This document shows, piece by piece, positions 12,131 through 25,109 of a stretch of DNA of 64,000 bases. Each line of letters starts with the position of its first letter. Within the stretch, counting starts at the first letter, position 1. Both the position numbers and the translations under genes were made by a program. The notes under the pieces were generated by a model. It worked only from the letters and a program-made list of their open reading frames with translations, was not told the DNA's origin and searched no databases. This stretch comes from Selaginella moellendorffii (taxonomy: Eukaryota; Plantae; Lycopodiophyta): assembly GCF_000143415.4 (NCBI RefSeq), contig NW_003314263.1, positions 3,482,451-3,546,450 of the forward strand, written 5' to 3'.

Positions 12131-12177
12131 CCCAAGAAGTAGGCAGTCCTTCTGGACAAGGACTTGTTATAATCTAG

Positions 12178-12370
12178 GCATTAATCTTACTTAAAATATG
12201 ACTAAGTTAAATTTAGTCAATTTATTTTACATAGATTAATTCACAACTAATCAAAGGCTTTTAGTGGAAGTGGAACATGCTTTTGGACCTGGTGGAAGTG
12301 GAACGTGCTGACAGCTGTAAACAATGGCATGGGGTGGCTGGGTGGTGATTTGCTTTGCGTCAACACGTTC
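12178..12370. repeat. Dispersed repeat shared with 23342-23530
   Basis: ctaagttaa.ttta.tca.tttatttt...actaatcaa.ggctttt...ggtggaagtgga.c.tgct.aca.ctgt.a.caatggcat occurs at both loci. Confidence 0.7.
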
Positions 12371-12942
12371 TAATATTGACATGCACTTGCTTCACACGGC
12401 ATCTTCCTGACAAAACCAAGCTAAAGAGCAAGGACTACTAGTGCATATTGCATTTGTGGCTATCAAATCCACAGGGTGGCCACTCTTTTTTAGGGTTAGG
12501 ATAGGTGTACATGCAATGTAAGGGTATGAATACCTCCCTCAATATGTATAGAAGTATAAGAAGGCAGCAGAGAGCGCAATTGCTTCAAGGCACTTGGCAT
12601 TGTGAGTGCAATTGTGCTCCCTACTCTAAGTCTTGCTTAAGTGCAGGCAAGGTTCTAAACCCATGCCACGGCCACCACCACCGCAAATCCATCCCTGAAG
12701 CCACCGCAAAGGAGCAGAGGAGGGGTAAACCCAAAAGCTTTGAAGCTTCACGGCTGCAGTCAAAGATAGAGTTTGGGGAGAAAACAAACAGTCACTCCTT
12801 CAGCCCAGGGCCGTGCCGCGCGCCCACTGGCCCAACCTCGCAAAAAAGATCCTTCCAGAATATTCCTGCTAGTGAAATATTCCTTTAATATTCTTTGTGA
12901 AGAATACAATAAATAGACCTTTGAATACCACCTATTGGGCTA

Positions 12943-15042
12943 ATGGATGCGGGATGGACTCAGCCAGAGCAAATGACTCCGGCGGTGGGATGGGATCCAC
13001 GCGTCGGTCTGATCGTGTCCGATTGGTTCCAGAGCAGCATAGGTACCCGATTGCTGAGAGTGGTGGCAGGGGCATTCGAGCGCTTTGGGCTGGAGCTGGA
13101 TTCTTCAGCAGGGGCGTCGTGGTTCTACGATGTAGATGGGTCGAGTGTGTCGGAGCTCAAGTGGAAGATTTGGACTATGGCAATCGCCCACGTCCTCCGG
13201 GTTCCCATCCCGGAGAATTTCCTGCACCTCTTCATCGCTGTGGACTATTTCATGCGCCAGCGAGGCCGCTCCAACCAGCAACGTTATGGTGACCGGAAAC
13301 TGCTGTCCTTCGTGCTCCCTTGCCACTACGCTGTACTCAAGCTTGAAGAGGTGAGTTCTCGAGATTTCTGGTGGCAAAGCGGTAAAAGAGCTTTTTTCTA
13401 TGGTCGCAGCTCAAGGCGAGAGACATTCAGACGCCAGCCACTGAAGCGATGTCTTCAGAGGAAGGAATTACACGTATGGCTTCTCCTTTTTCCTTTTCAC
13501 TTTCTAACCAGTCACCTGTGCAGATCTTGTGTCGCTCATGTCTAGAGTTCCCTGTACTTTCTCGACGCGAACATGTCTTCTGGATGCCATGCGCCTGTTT
13601 GATGTGAGCGAGCAACTCTGTGTGCTCTTCTTCGCGTGGTTGCAGCTCCAGGTCCAGGTAAACAAGCAGCCGCTCGAATGGCTCGACGCTTTCCTAGCTC
13701 AAGCCAAAGCTGGCGGCGGGGGGCACCTGGGCAACGTCTTGCTCTTCTTCCTAGACACCGTGCACGCATACAGGTTTAAGGGTTTCTATCTGCTACCCAG
13801 GGAGAACATCGACAGGGTCTTTAATGTTTGCATCAAGGAACTCCCGATGGTAGAGTGGCAGTCGATCGACCTCACCCCCGGCGTCCGTCAGGTGTTAGAG
13901 GTGAAATCCTTAGCTCGACTTGCAAAACACAGATGAGACTCTTAAGGCTTCTTATTCTTTCTTTTTTTAATTATTATTTTATTTTGGCAGGAGGTGGACG
14001 CAGAAGTGACACACAAATTCGAGTGGGACAAAAGCCTTCTTTTACCTCTGGAGCGTTGGGTGCATAGGAGGTCGCTCGTTTACCAGCACAGGCCTCGCGA
14101 GATTCCATACGTTATGGACTTTACGGATGCAAGCTTGCAAATTGGCCGTCTGATCTACACTTGGACACTGACGAAGAAGGGGCAGCGGGACCATGCCGAG
14201 CTCCAGACGCTGTGCTCGACGGGCAAGTCGATCGTGGAGCACGCACAGTCGGTGCCAGTGGGAAGCAGCGACGAGCGCCAGCTCTACCGTGCCGCCGCTG
14301 CCGTTTTCGGCAAGGATCTTAGCGGCCATTTCGTGCAGCTATGCAGGAACGCGCAGTGGGAGCCGGATGGGGTCCCTTGCTCGCAATCCGAGCTGGGAGA
14401 AATAAGGGAGCTGGCATGGAGAGGGCTGATTTTAATCTTCAAATTCCAGTCCAGAGTTCCAGAGCATTACTTTGACGGCGGCCCTAAACAACTGAGAAAC
14501 AAAGTGCCGTTCGGTGCCATGATCGTCTACATTGTTCACGTACGCACACAGTGTTTTTTCCGTTGGAATGTGTTTCTCAAAAAAAAATTCTGTTTTCTTT
14601 GTGTTGTTTTGCGCAGGTAATATTTGAGGATCACTTGGCTCTAGACATTGACTGCAAAACGTGGACAGAAGAGTGTGAGTGAATTATCGTTGCTTGGTGG
14701 AAGTATTTACTAAAGCTGTTTTTTGTAGGCCACACTCTAAATAGTCACCCAAATAATGCTACAGATCGGAACAAGAGTGGGATTTTTGTTGCATCAGATG
14801 GGACGAGGAAGAGATGTCTAGCTCTTGAGAAGTTGATAGAGTCTCCCAAAATACAGAGGGCCCTGGGAGCCAGCGCTGATGAAATACGCGATGCTATGGT
14901 CAAGGCGATTGCAGCAGGTGGTATATATTATGATCAGGAACACAGAAATTTATGGTTTAAAATGGGCAAAATATTCAGAGGGAATTATGAGAGGCTCTCT
15001 GCATTTATTATAGCATATGCAATTTTCAAAGGATTAATTTAA
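12943..15042 (+). CDS. Six-exon gene of unknown function, about 586 aa
   Basis: Exons 12943-13350, 13410-13473, 13524-13891, 13991-14539, 14617-14674, 14729-15042 join by GT-AG introns into one uninterrupted frame (1761 nt); CpG-rich, unlike its surroundings. Confidence 0.75.
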
Positions 15043-17639
15043 ACAATATACTTATCTGTCATTGGTCTCATGCTATGAATGGATGAAATTATGTTTCAAA
15101 TCTTTTTGTGGAAAGCATAAGATTGAGCCTACATTTTGACGAGAATGCCGACGCATTCATTCGGCCATTGACGAGGAGTCGCCATCTCCAGTCGAAATCT
15201 GACCCAAACCCCGCGATCTAGGCTTGAAAGAAGGTGCCACGGAGGGGAATCAAGTTCAATTGCATTCCTCGAAAGAAGGTGCCAGGGAGGCGAATCAAGA
15301 AGGGTTCAATTGCATGGCTTTGGTGAATGTCAGGCTGATGCACTGTGGAGATGGCGGCGAACTGCTTGGCCTGCCACGTTTGTGATGGAGAGCTCCCCTA
15401 TCCAAATTCTAGACTGGAGCTTTCTTTTATACTAGGTGATATAGTATGGATTTGTCGTGCAATATACACTAGACAGCTTTTCTGCTTGAGTTGAGTGCCT
15501 GCCACGTGATGGAGCTCTGGATACTATGGTATCATTTAGGCAAGGATCAAGCCTATAAATCCCAGTGATTCAGGATTTAGCCCAATTTCAAGAAGCTGGA
15601 CACAACGTTTCATGTGGTGTTTATGCTGATATGTCCACAACTCGTTAGAAATTTTATAAGGCACTATCAATAGAGGGATTCTTGAGTTGGAGACAACCAT
15701 TCTTCAACATTGCTGCTGTTACACATTACTTATTATTTCTCTTTCTGACAAAAAACTGAAATAACTTTAAAAACCACAACCTGGAAAATACAGATGTCAT
15801 CATTTTTTATCTATCTTACCTATCTATATTTTGTTTTGGCAGTCTTGTGGTGCCCAACAAGAAGCATGAGACTGTGCAAACAAGGAATTACCTGGAAAAT
15901 ACAGAGGTTGAGTATTTTCAATGCCAAATATGGCATGCAATTCCTAAAAGGATATAGATTTCACACCCACATAATGTTTTTCTATTGGATGAGCATTAAA
16001 TCTTCATCCCATGGCAATGGATAGCTTATGCATTGTTCTTGATGCCAGTACAATGGTGGATGATGTCCCTAGTCTATCAAGTTTGATGCCTTGTCATTCA
16101 GTATGTTGGCATTAGATGTAGAAGGTAACATAATTTGCTCATGATTGGTTTGATCATTTTTGCTAGTAGTGTAAAAAGTGGCTTTGAATCACTGTTAATT
16201 TGCTATCTATAGACATCAAAGTCCTATCATATAAGCATAGTTTCTTTCCAGGTTTGCTTCAAATTTACTATCCTTCCAGGTTTACTAGCAGAGTTGGAGG
16301 AAGAGGAGGAGGATGGCCTTTCATCTAGACTCAGATTGTAGTTCAAGTATTGATAGTGATAATGTTGCTGTCCTAGAGGTTCAATCATTTTCCAGCCTCC
16401 TAGATTCAATTCATTTGCACATTTTTATGCCTTTTGTCATTTTTTGCAATTGAGGGGCTTTTGTAGTTTAGCTGTATTTGGCACTTAGATTCACTAAGGC
16501 CATTGAGACCATTGACCATTTGAGACTAAGACCATTGCCTACCTCATACACTATTTTAAAATTTCAATGCTATCATTGTACAAATATATATGGCAAATTA
16601 GAAAGGTGTATATTTTAAGGTAGCACTTAAAGAGGTAATTCATCACATCTGGACTAACAATGCGAAAGAGATTATCAATTCTTGATGTAATTGTCAACCT
16701 AAAAGATAATAGTTTAGCTGATGCTAAATTTGTGTTATCTAATCACAACTTAGCCAAGCTACAATAGAGGCATTTCAAGTTTTTTCTTTAGCATATTGCA
16801 AATTTATAAACTATGGTTTCTATGTATATGTCTTATTTTTGGTGCAACTCATTATATTGTAGCTTGCAAGCTAGCTACCTCCAAGAATCCCATAGAATAT
16901 TCAATACATACACATGGGGTATTTGTCAATTTGGAAGACCCAAGCACATCCTGAGCATATAACTAAGCACTCATAGTGTTAGAGTTTTATCCAAACAAGG
17001 ACTAAATCCATTTTGTTTTATAGCATATTGAGCATTTATGAAAAAAGCTCTTTGAGTGGTTAGTGTGGTTTTATAAACACGTTTTTGACTCTATAAAAGA
17101 TATAGAAATAGGATCTATTGCATAAGTAAAGTTTACATTGCATCTTCTCTCCATACCTTAAAAAGGATATTTCACATTAAATTGCAACCTAGAATCTTTA
17201 TGAAGTTTGTCGAGACTTCTTTAGGCCATCTCAATTATCCTATAAATTTAATTGATAGAATGAGAGCTTAGATAATAAATTGGTAAATGTTAAAAAAATT
17301 CAACTAAACCATGTTTCTATAGGATTATGCCATACTGTCGAGTTTCTACAGCATAGATCACTGCCTCTTAAAAAAGCAGGGCACAAGTCCTTTCCACCCA
17401 ATTTATTTTTTTCTCGCAGAAAAAGAGAGAGCATAGCTAACCAGCCAAGTCGAGCCAAGCCGACTTTTCCTTTTTCTGGTTTTGATGTGCCAGCATGCAG
17501 CCCTTGAGGAAAACATGATACCATGTTCTGATCTGGGATACTTGTGTTCGGTCATTACCTGCGGAGTATTTTCTAATGGTGAGGATTCCCACGCTTCAAG
17601 ATTTATCTCAACTTCGATTGAAATTAAGCTACACACATA

Positions 17640-18294
17640 GTAAGTCTAGTTTCCTTTGGTATGCTAACTTTGCTTTCTCTTTGCAAGGACATGATGCTTG
17701 CTGGTACTGAAACTTCGGTCATCACCACCGAGTGGGCACTTTCAGAGCTCATGAACAATCCAACATGTATGATCAAAGCCCAAAAAGAGATTGACACAAT
17801 TGTGGGCCGTGAGCGGATGGTGGTGGAAGCCGATCTTTGCAAGCTTAGCTACATCAACAGTGTTGTCAACGAACTGTTTCGCTTGCATCCGCCAGCGCCA
17901 ATGCTACTCCCTCACTATTCAACGCAAGACTGCCTACAAGATCCCCATGAACTCGCGAGTTTTGGTCAACGCGTGGTCAATTGCACGAGATCCAAGCTTG
18001 TGGGAGTCTCCCAATCTCTTCAACCCGGACAGATTTGTGGAGAGATCGATCAGCTTCAAGGGGAAGAACTTTGAGCTGCTGCCTTTTGGATCTGGTCGAA
18101 GGATCTGTCCCGGATTGTCTCTTGGCGTAGCCATGGTTTCGTATGCTCTTGCTCGCCTCGTCCATGGGTTCAAGTGGAAGGTCAGTGGCAAGGAGCTGAG
18201 CATGGACGAGATCTCAGAAGGAGTGGCAGTGAGACGAAAGGTTCCACTTGAAGTTTTTGCAACACCACGGCTAACAAACCATGCCTACTTGTAA
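17640..18294 (+). pseudogene. Truncated cytochrome P450 duplicate (intron plus exon 2 only, frameshifted)
   Basis: Near-identical to 21637-22302; 11-bp deletion after 17936 (equivalent to 21934-21944) between cta microhomologies; exon 1 absent. Confidence 0.9.
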
Positions 18295-18559
18295 TGAAGT
18301 TGTTTTAGAAATTAGCATATTGGTAAAGTGGGTTATCAAGTGTGTTTGATATCTACCTTTGTATATATGTCTATGGATTTCCCCAGAAAAGGTGATTACT
18401 AATGTGACGGGGAAGAATTGTTAAGCATCAACTTTGGCTTAAGTCAAAGGTGCCTCAAAAGTATATTAAAGCATGGATTTAAATTAAAAAACTTAACCTA
18501 CCTTAAAGGTTGAGGTAGGATCTATACTTTATTAGTTTTGCTTTATTGACATGCAATTT

Positions 18560-20570
18560 CTTCATCTGATGGGAGTTCCTCTCCCGCTGTGTGGACTAGA
18601 ACCAAGCACCCTTGTTCTGCAGTCCTATGGGGATTTGAGGCTGGCCCAATTGCTAGGGTTTACACCCCCTCCCAGTTCTTGCCTAATGTCTCTTGTGCCA
18701 TCAAGAAATCATTAAGGCAATTGAGGTGTTGTGCAGTGTTCCTGTAGAGCTCCCCATTTCTTCCAGTCCTACGTCTTCAGAGGCCTTGCCCTCGTCACAT
18801 GCTGTGGTATGCTCTTTCGTTGTTGGCAAAGCTGGGGGTGCTAGAGAGCTGCCAGCTGAAATAGCACTAAATAGCTGGTGCTGGTGGTTAGTAGAAAGAT
18901 GGTGAAGAAACTTTTGTGAGATCGTTCCCCTCGCATGGGCAGATTGTGGTAGTGGACGGCATACTACTCCCACGGTGCATCTACTAGGTGAACTTCTGGG
19001 GTAATGGGAGGGCCATTCATGCTTCACAGATTCTGGGTGTCCACTTTCCCGATGCAGAAGTGACTTGACTGAGGGCGTGGTCGAGCTGTTTGTCACCATT
19101 CCCAAGGGTTGTGGCAATGTGTTCTTTGTGTTTGGTTGTCCTGAGGTGCCGTCACTCGAATTTCGTGGGCGACATACTGCACTCTCGGAATGCAGCCGTT
19201 GGTGTCTCAGGTCTTCTTCACCGTATTGGGATCTGTAGTGGTGTCCTTCCCATGCTGGCGAGACTTCGCACACATGGAATTCAGCATGTTGATAGTCCCT
19301 CGCTTGGAGAACATAGGGTAGAGGGGTATTGCTGATGATGATCGTCTGGGGCCATTGGCTGTTTGGTTGTTGCGTGGTAAAGCTGCCGGCCTCCTCCATT
19401 GTTCTGCAATATCACGGTTGGAGGCGTGGGGGTTCCTAGCAACGCACCACCATCATAGTCCAACTGGTGAACGCTTGCGATTGGGACTCCCGCGGCAATG
19501 GGCAGAAGCATGCTGGGTGGTGCTGATGGTGTGTGCCCTAGAGAGGCATCCTTCGATCACGTCATTCCGATTCCATTCGCAAGAACACCTGGCCTCTTGG
19601 TGCAAGTTTAATATGGGGTTGGCACCCCAGAGAAGCTGAAAGTGACCCACCGGGAACATTCTAGTTGTACTGGGTCGTGTTTTGCATACGATCATCGTAT
19701 CCACTTGTTTTGCCACCTGTCCCCTTCCAAGAGGGCCGTGAGAGAGCCACATTGCTATGCCCCAATCGTTTGGTAACAGCCAAGGCAGGATGATGATATG
19801 AGCAAGGTGGTGATGTGGTGTTAGCCGGTCTTGATGGGAAAAATTTCATGTACCTAAGCAGGCTGATGATGGCCTTGTGACGCTCTCGCAGTCGTGTTTG
19901 TAAGCTTTTGTCCCTGTGGTCATTGCTGGTAATTGATCAGTTGTCATAGTCGTCTCACGGTCATCGCCGGTGGTCTTCGCTAGTCATTGGTGCCGGTCAT
20001 TGGCGATTTGAAATTTTCTTGCTGTTGGGCTATGACGACTCCCGCTCCAAGCTCCTCGGCTCCCTTCGCTCATCACCATGTCCAAACTTGCTCGCCATTC
20101 ACCATTTATGTTGCTCTCGATAAGCATCTGCCATTTCTCGCCATACCCATCATCTAGAAGCTCTCCTTGCCAAGAGAAGTCCATACTCGCCCACAGTTCC
20201 TTGCCAGGAACAGGAGGTGACGCCATATCAACAAGCTTCTCGCCAGGAGAGGTTCCTCGCCATACCCATCCTCCAGGAGCACAAACGACGTCATATCCAT
20301 CACACACAACATGTTCTCCCGAGGCATCCAAATCCTCTCTGAGAGAAACACGCTTCGCTGCCACAGCCGCACTTCACTCCTCGTCTAAGAGCAAGTAGAC
20401 ATACGCCCAGCACCCAGCCTCTCCTTGTCGAAGAAAGAAGTCTCCGAGAGACCAGAACACCCTGTGAGAGTGATGTCACGAATTGAAACCCGTCACTGCT
20501 GCGGAGATCTCGCAGCTGATGTTCGCCATCAAATCGTGAGCATCTCCTTTGGCCCCACCAGAAGAACTGA
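18560..20570 (-). mobile_element. Decayed retroelement ORF1/gag-like remnant between the two P450 copies
   Basis: Broken, acidic-then-basic reading frames with Cys/His knuckle-like remnants (HVC..WEGHH, HRESGH); no intact ORF. Confidence 0.35.
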
Positions 20571-20790
20571 CAAAGATTGTATCCTTTAACCTTAAACCAT
20601 AAACTTATAAGTGACTGAAACATATTTTGCAATGAGAAGAATAAACACTAATTGAGATAAGAAATTCGTGGAGGCAGACCCTCTATTGACTTCCTTGAAA
20701 AAATACAAAGATGTCACCATCATAAAATCGTGCAGGAGGAAGCTATCTCTTTACTACATAAGCTTGCACACACTGGTCACACAATTATCC

Positions 20791-22302
20791 ATGGCAAGTT
20801 TTGTAGCTCTATTCTTGCTTACACTGTCTTTGGGCCTTCTATGGAGGATTCTAACGAAAATTGTTGATCGAAGCCTTCCTCCAGGCCCGCCTAGAGTGCC
20901 ACTTCTGGGTCACTTGCATTTGCTGGGTGTCCTTCCTCACAAATCTCTCTCGGATCTCTCAAGTAGATATGGCCCCGTGATGTTGCTCTGGTTTGGTTTT
21001 GCTCCAACGCTTGTGGTCTCTTCCCCAGATGCTGCAAGAGAAGTTCTGTGCACTCAAGACCTTGCCTTTGCTTCAAGGCCAAAGATATCTATAGCCAAGT
21101 ATATGTTCTACAATAGTAAGGACTTGGGATGGACCAGCTATGGTCCCTATTGGAGATTGATGAGGAAGGTCACCACCGTGGAACTCTTCACTGCAAAAAG
21201 GCTCGAGGAATCCAGAATGGTGAGGCACGCGCAAGTTTCGAAGCTCATTGGCTTTATAGTCAATAATGGTCAAAACGGGAAAGCCTCAGTCAACATGAAA
21301 TTCCTTTTGTCCATCCTCAACCTCAATGTTGTGAGCTTGATCACGTTTGGGAGAGAATTTCCGGCTGGCTCTGTGGAGCTGATCGAAGAAGTTATGCAGC
21401 TGATGGGCTCGTTTGTGTTGGGCGACTGCTTTCCATTCCTCTCGTGGCTTGGCAGCCCCGTGATCCGAAAGATGATCTCGGCTCACACGAAACTGGACCA
21501 GCTTTTGCAAGAGATCGTGGACGAGCACAAGTCTAAATTCAAGTCATCAGAGCGTGCGCGTGACTTTGTTGACGTGCTTTTGTCATTGGAAGACCAAGGA
21601 GAAATTGATATTCAATGCGTCAAAGCAATGATCATGGTAAGTTTAGTTTCCTATCGTATGCTAACCTTACTTTCTCTTCGCAAGGACATGATGCTTGCTG
21701 GTACTGAAACTTCGGCCATCACCACCGAGTGGGCACTTTCAGAGCTCATGAACAATCCAACATGTATGATCAAAGCCCAAAAAGAGATTGACACAATTGT
21801 GGGCCGTGAGCGGATGGTGGTGGAAGCCGATCTTTGTAAGCTTAGCTACATCAACAGTGTTGTCAACGAAGTGTTTCGCTTGCATCTGCCAGCGCCAATG
21901 CTACTCCCTCGCCATTCAACGCAAGACTGCCTAGTCAACGGCTACAAGATCCCCAAGAACTCGCGAGTTTTGGTCAACGTATGGTCAATTGCACGAGATC
22001 CAAGCTTGTGGGAGTCTCCCAATCTCTTCAACCCGGACAGATTTGCGGAGAGCTCGATCAGCTTCAAGGGGAAGAACTTTGAGCTGCTGCCTTTTGGATC
22101 TGGTCGAAGGATCTGTCCCGGATTGTCTCTTGGCGTAGCCATGGTTTCGCACACTCTTGCTCGCCTTGTCCATGGGTTCGAGTGGAAGGTCAGTGGCAAG
22201 GAGCTGAGCATGGACGAGATCTCGGAAGGAGTGGCGGTGAGACGAAAGGTTCCACTTGAAGTTTTTGCAACACCAAGGCTTGCAAGCCATGCCTACCTGT
22301 AA
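20791..22302 (+). CDS. Cytochrome P450, CYP71 clan (A-type), 2 exons, about 487 aa
   Basis: N-terminal TM, PPGP hinge, AGTETS I-helix, EVFR, PDRF, FGSGRRICPG heme motif; 48-bp intron 21637-21684 at the conserved A-type position. Confidence 0.93.
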   Translation: MASFVALFLLTLSLGLLWRILTKIVDRSLPPGPPRVPLLGHLHLLGVLPHKSLSDLSSRYGPVMLLWFGFAPTLVVSSPDAAREVLCTQDLAFASRPKISIAKYMFYNSKDLGWTSYGPYWRLMRKVTTVELFTAKRLEESRMVRHAQVSKLIGFIVNNGQNGKASVNMKFLLSILNLNVVSLITFGREFPAGSVELIEEVMQLMGSFVLGDCFPFLSWLGSPVIRKMISAHTKLDQLLQEIVDEHKSKFKSSERARDFVDVLLSLEDQGEIDIQCVKAMIMVSLVSYRMLTLLSLRKDMMLAGTETSAITTEWALSELMNNPTCMIKAQKEIDTIVGRERMVVEADLCKLSYINSVVNEVFRLHLPAPMLLPRHSTQDCLVNGYKIPKNSRVLVNVWSIARDPSLWESPNLFNPDRFAESSISFKGKNFELLPFGSGRRICPGLSLGVAMVSHTLARLVHGFEWKVSGKELSMDEISEGVAVRRKVPLEVFATPRLASHAYL

Positions 22303-22346
22303 TGAAGTTATCTTAGGAACTAGCAAGCTGAATGGACGGACATACC

Positions 22347-23190
22347 TCATTCTCTAATCTTCAGAAACATCCTCTTGAGCAGCCTGGCTTCTCTGGAGAC
22401 CGTGTTGGAGTTCTGGCCCTCGCCGGGACTCTCCACGGATGTGTAGACAGTCTTGCCTTGGCTGTCCGCAGCATCAAGAAAGTCGTCTATGCCGGTGTAT
22501 GTCGCGTCCTTCAACTGCATCACGCAAGCTTGACATTAGATTTCATGAATCCGTGCCTTGTCTTTTGTTTCTTACCACCATCATCTGCTTCGCAAGGCTA
22601 TCGACCAATGCAAGAAAGCAACGCTTCGCATAAAACCACGTGTCTACTTCCAGCTTTTTCCCAGAAGGCTCCAAACTTCTGATGATACGGCTAATACCGA
22701 ACTCGAAGTTTTGTTTTGCGCAGTAGATCACAAGGTTTACAATGCATAAATGCAATTCCTGCTTGTCTGGATTCTAGAAAAGGAACACGGAATTAAAACC
22801 ACTAGCAGCCCCTTAAGTTACATATACATGGCAAACCTCTTCCTCTTTTTCAATCTTTCACATCAAATCTTCGGCCTCTTGATTCTACTAAAGACAAATA
22901 CATTACAATTTTGTCGTACTATTTGTTTAAAGTACCTGGCTGGTCATAATGTATGAAACACAGAGATTCGTGAGCACAATTGCTGTGACACTGAGAATGT
23001 CATCTCCCACTTTCTTTACGATCGGTTTATAGTAATGAATTGCTTCTTTGTAGCAATTATCCTGTTAGATGCACAATGAGCATAGATAAGAAATACGAAT
23101 AACTCACCTGCATAAAGAAAGTGTGCACAACATTCAGTTTCCAAACAGGATGATCCGAACACAAGTCTGCTGACTGGTGGAACTTTAAAG
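22347..23190 (-). pseudogene. IFT70: IFT70/TTC30 (DYF-1/fleer) 3' exons
   Basis: Spliced: FHQSADLCSDHPVWKLNVVHTFFMQ|DNCYKEAIHYYKPIVKK..ILSVTAIVLTNLCVSYIMTSQ|NQEAEDLM*KIEKEEE|..HLCIVNLVIYCAKQNFEFGISRIIRSLEP..DTWFYAKRCFLAL|..TVSREARLLKRMFLKIRE*; has an in-frame TGA and lacks the conserved GTL. Confidence 0.88.
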
Positions 23191-23547
23191 ACTTTGCATG
23201 TTAAATTTTGTGCTCAATTTATACAATCTTAATTGAGAGCTTTTTTTGATTCTTCTTTGGATGTGCAAGTTTATATGTGTCTTACTTAACCTTCACTAAA
23301 GGCTAGAATCCAAAATAATAAAAAGAGTGTTATAATCTTGGGATTAATGTTAATCCACATGGCTTAAAGTATAACTAAGTTAAGTTTAATCAGTTTATTT
23401 TAAAAAATTTAGTTCACACTAATCAAGGGCTTTTGAGGGAGATGGTGGAAGTGGAGCATGCTCACAACTGTGAGCAATGGCATAGAGGGCTTAGGGGTGG
23501 ATGGATGGCAATTTGCTCTACATGAATGTGGTAGTTTTTCATTAATT

Positions 23548-25020
23548 GGTATTAGAGGAGTAGAGTTCAAGAATCTATGAGTTTGCTACTATGGATTATA
23601 TGGAGGAAGCTGCTAATCAATCATTTGTGGAGGCTTGGATGATGGATGAGATGGTGCTATAATTGCAAGCCCTCAACAGCAATATCTAGACCCTTGAAAT
23701 TGATATGCATGGATCTTTCATAGATACGTGTGAGCACAAAAAGAAGATGGGGAATTCTCAAGGTGGCAGGAGTCATGTCACAGATTGAGCTCAAATTCTT
23801 GAGTTTGATGGCACTGATGTCCTTGCAAATGAGGTGCTTAACTAGTTATGCAAGACTTTGAAATTGATTTCAAGGATTACCGGATGAGGATGCATTGGTC
23901 CTCATGGAGGTGGTGCTTAAAGGCTGGGCTACACATTGGTGGACTCACCTTTTGAATCAATGTACCATTGTTGACTAGGGATCTTTGGCATCATTAACTG
24001 AATTTGAGGAAGCTTTCAAGTAGGAATTTGCTCCTCGCTATGATGCTTCTCATGCACGACGTAAGCTTCAATACCTGAAGCAAGACAATTTGAGCCTGAA
24101 ATCATATTATTCAGGATTGAGAAGTGGAATATTACTGAGTCATGTGCCCAATGACTACACTGAAGAGGTTCAGAAAGATTACTTTGTGCACCACTTATGC
24201 AACAAGGGGATGTGAGATCACCTGAAAACTTCCAAGGCAATGAAGTCTTTGGAGGAGCTTTTTGAACAAGCTCAGAACTTGGTGGATGAGGGTGAGCCAC
24301 GTCCTCATGACAAGGGTGTCAAACATGGGAGGAGCCCCTCTTGAGACGAGACTAGTAGCGGGTGTTTGAAGTCTCGTGTGGAAGGTGGCTGTGGCAAAGG
24401 TGGTTGAGAAACCTCGGATTACCCTGAAAATGACAACCATTGCCACAAGTATGGTGAAGAAGGCCATTGGAAGGTTGATTGTCCTTTGTTGAAAAACAAG
24501 AACAAACATTTGAACACGAGTGCTAGAGCTTCAAATGGGAAGAAGATCTAGGAAATGCAATGTGAGGAGAAGAAGATCTAGGAAATGCAATGTGAGGAGA
24601 ATCTAGGCAAGAAGTATATCTCCATGATTTCCCATACACTCAATGGGATTTGGAATGATGATCCCATGGACTTGGCTTCGGAATCTTGTGTGATTCAATT
24701 CAAGGGATTGCTGGGAGATTATTCAGTATGTATTCTACTGGACAGTGGCAATTCCGACAATTTTGTTTCCACAAAGTTAGTCAAAGAGTACAAGCTGCCA
24801 GTGACTAAAGTGAATTGCTGGAGCTGCTACTGAGAACCAGCAGTGGGATGGTGTGGTTGGAAAAACTGTAGACCGAACTTATAATCACAAATTGCTTGCC
24901 ATAGGAAACTCAATCTCAAAGTGAATGCTACAATGCATGTAGCTTCGAAGTTGAGATAAAATCTCCAAGTGTGTGGGCTTTTGAATTTAGAATCCTCACC
25001 ATTGTGATTGGAAAGAAAAT
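23548..25020 (+). mobile_element. Degenerate Ty3/gypsy 5' part (PBS, gag, protease)
   Basis: tggtattagag (decayed tRNA-iMet PBS) at 23548; gag-like L.G.A..WW; protease ILLDSGNSDNFVS in ORF 24585..24833. Confidence 0.7.
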
Positions 25021-25109
25021 ACTCCACAGTTAAAGACCAAACACAAGTATCCCAGATCAGAACATGGTATCATGTATTCCTCGAAGGCTTGTTGGCACAT
25101 CAAAACTGG

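Noticed and set aside
12380-12445. Possible Helitron 3' end (ctagt)
   Set aside because: No convincing GC-rich hairpin at the proper distance
20668-22302. 544-aa single-exon P450 from the ORF track
   Set aside because: It reads through a 48-bp stop-free in-frame intron and starts at an upstream GTG; the real start is ATG 20791
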